Of a stretch of DNA of 64,000 nt, positions 62,815 to 64,000 are shown in pieces. The stretch comes from Candidatus Poribacteria bacterium (GTDB lineage: Bacteria > Poribacteria > WGA-4E > WGA-3G): the NCBI GenBank assembly GCA_965197475.1, contig CBDANF010000003.1, forward strand, positions 3,680,001 through 3,744,000, read 5' to 3'. A program made the position numbers and the translations under genes. How positions within the stretch are numbered: position 1 is the stretch's first letter; each line of letters starts with the position of its first letter. Under the pieces are notes generated by a model, which did no database searches, had not been told where the DNA came from, and saw nothing but the letters and a program-made list of their open reading frames with translations.

Positions 62815-63540
62815 AGAACATGTCTGTGGCAGTCTCCGCTGGGCGTTTCCAAACCTTGTCAGCTATAGTCGGTTTGTGCAACTTGCCAAAGAGGTTTTGA
62901 TGCCGTTGTCTATTTATCTGAACACTCGTTTCGGTGAATGTAGTGGAACTTCCTTTATTGGCTCAACGACACTTCCAGTTTGCCACAATCGTCGGATTTC
63001 AACGCATCGTGTCTTTGCTGATGGGGCAGAGCGATCCAAAACCTCTATGGGGTGGTTCTATGGGTTCAAACTGCATCTCGTTATCAACGATCAAGGCGAT
63101 CTTCTGTCTGCTATGGTGACACCCGGAAACACGGATGACCGGCAACCCGTTCCACAGTTGACCAAAGGACTATTTGGTAAACTTTATGCTGATAAAGGAT
63201 ATATCAACAAAAAACTGCGAAATGAACTGCGGGAAGGTGGTGTGTCACTCGTTTACAAAGTGCGCAAGAACATGAAGTCAGAACCCTTGTCTGATATTGA
63301 CGCAGAACTCCTGAAAAAACGGATGCTCATTGAGTCAGTAAATAAAGAACTCAAAAGCCAGACAGAAATCCAACATACACGGCACAGAAGTTATGCTAAT
63401 TTTCAGGTGAATACAGTTGCTGCCTTGATCGCATATACCAATCTGAAGAAGAAACCTTCACTCAAACGCAAAGAACTTAAGGAAATTAAATATCCGTTTC
63501 CAATGATAAGTAACCACTAAACTATTTATCAAACTCACGT
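62815..63540 (+). mobile_element. 5'-truncated IS982 family element
   Basis: FPNLVSYSRFV, GWFYGFKLHL, LYADKGY, RMLIESVN; right end ttatcaaactcacgt; first catalytic Asp appears replaced (FIGST). Confidence 0.85.
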
Positions 63541-63579
63541 TAAGGTTAAAACCTCGCAAGCGAAAACCGATTACCATTT

Positions 63580-64000
63580 CTATAACACATCGCGTAGGAA
63601 ACGTGCAGTGTGCGATTCCCCAACCTTGGCGACCTCTTCAGGTGTGTCCATCGCAATAAGATATCCACCGTCATCGCTGCCCTCTGGACCCAAATCGATA
63701 ACCCAGTCAGCCGATTTGATAACATCCATGTTGTGTTCCACAGCGACAATCGTATTACCAGCGTCAACAAGTTTATTGAGCACGTTAAGTAGTTTTTGGA
63801 CATCATCAAAGTGCAATCCGGTCGTCGGTTCATCCATGATATAGAGGGTAGTTCCGGTTTGACGACGGGCAAGTTCCTTCGCAAGTTTGACGCGCTGCGC
63901 CTCACCGCCTGATAACGTTGTCGCAGCTTGTCCCAACTGGATATAGTCCAAACCGACATCCGCTAATGTTTGGAGTGGACGTTTGATGCGATTGATATTG
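63580..64000 (-). CDS. uvrA: excinuclease ABC subunit A, C-terminal end (5'-partial)
   Basis: [47 protein letters not shown]. Confidence 0.92.
   Translation of the reverse strand, partial: NINRIKRPLQTLADVGLDYIQLGQAATTLSGGEAQRVKLAKELARRQTGTTLYIMDEPTTGLHFDDVQKLLNVLNKLVDAGNTIVAVEHNMDVIKSADWVIDLGPEGSDDGGYLIAMDTPEEVAKVGESHTARFLRDVL

Noticed and set aside
1-64000. tRNA, rRNA, CRISPR arrays, prophage genes
   Set aside because: None recognised by eye; tRNAscan-SE, Infernal and CRISPR finders would be needed to exclude them formally.

Overview
64-kb bacterial chromosomal window. The many WD40/TPR repeat proteins with dockerin-type EF-hand tails, FlgD-Ig/T9SS-like C-termini and dense GTAG-type palindromes suggest Candidatus Poribacteria (inference only). 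Housekeeping genes (dinG-type helicase, two htrA paralogs, ileS, purB, infA, trpB, 3' end of uvrA) are interleaved with secreted repeat proteins, TA genes and many mobile elements. Highlights: (1) a 2,004-bp cassette (56918-58921) with perfect 13-bp terminal inverted repeats that encodes only two paralogous DUF1670-like proteins plus a promoter-fronted, stem-loop-rich non-coding segment, a candidate undescribed mobile element with no recognisable transposase; (2) an Ile/Val-rich leader peptide with terminator and antiterminator upstream of ileS; (3) a 12.1-kb inversion between two inverted IS copies, shown by swapped 5-bp target duplications and two split genes that rejoin in frame; (4) MITEs inserted in REP hairpin loops with 14-15-bp duplications, one inside a multi-level nest of elements; (5) a substrate-binding+OmpA / vWA / substrate-binding+OmpA gene trio with no adjacent ABC permease or ATPase.
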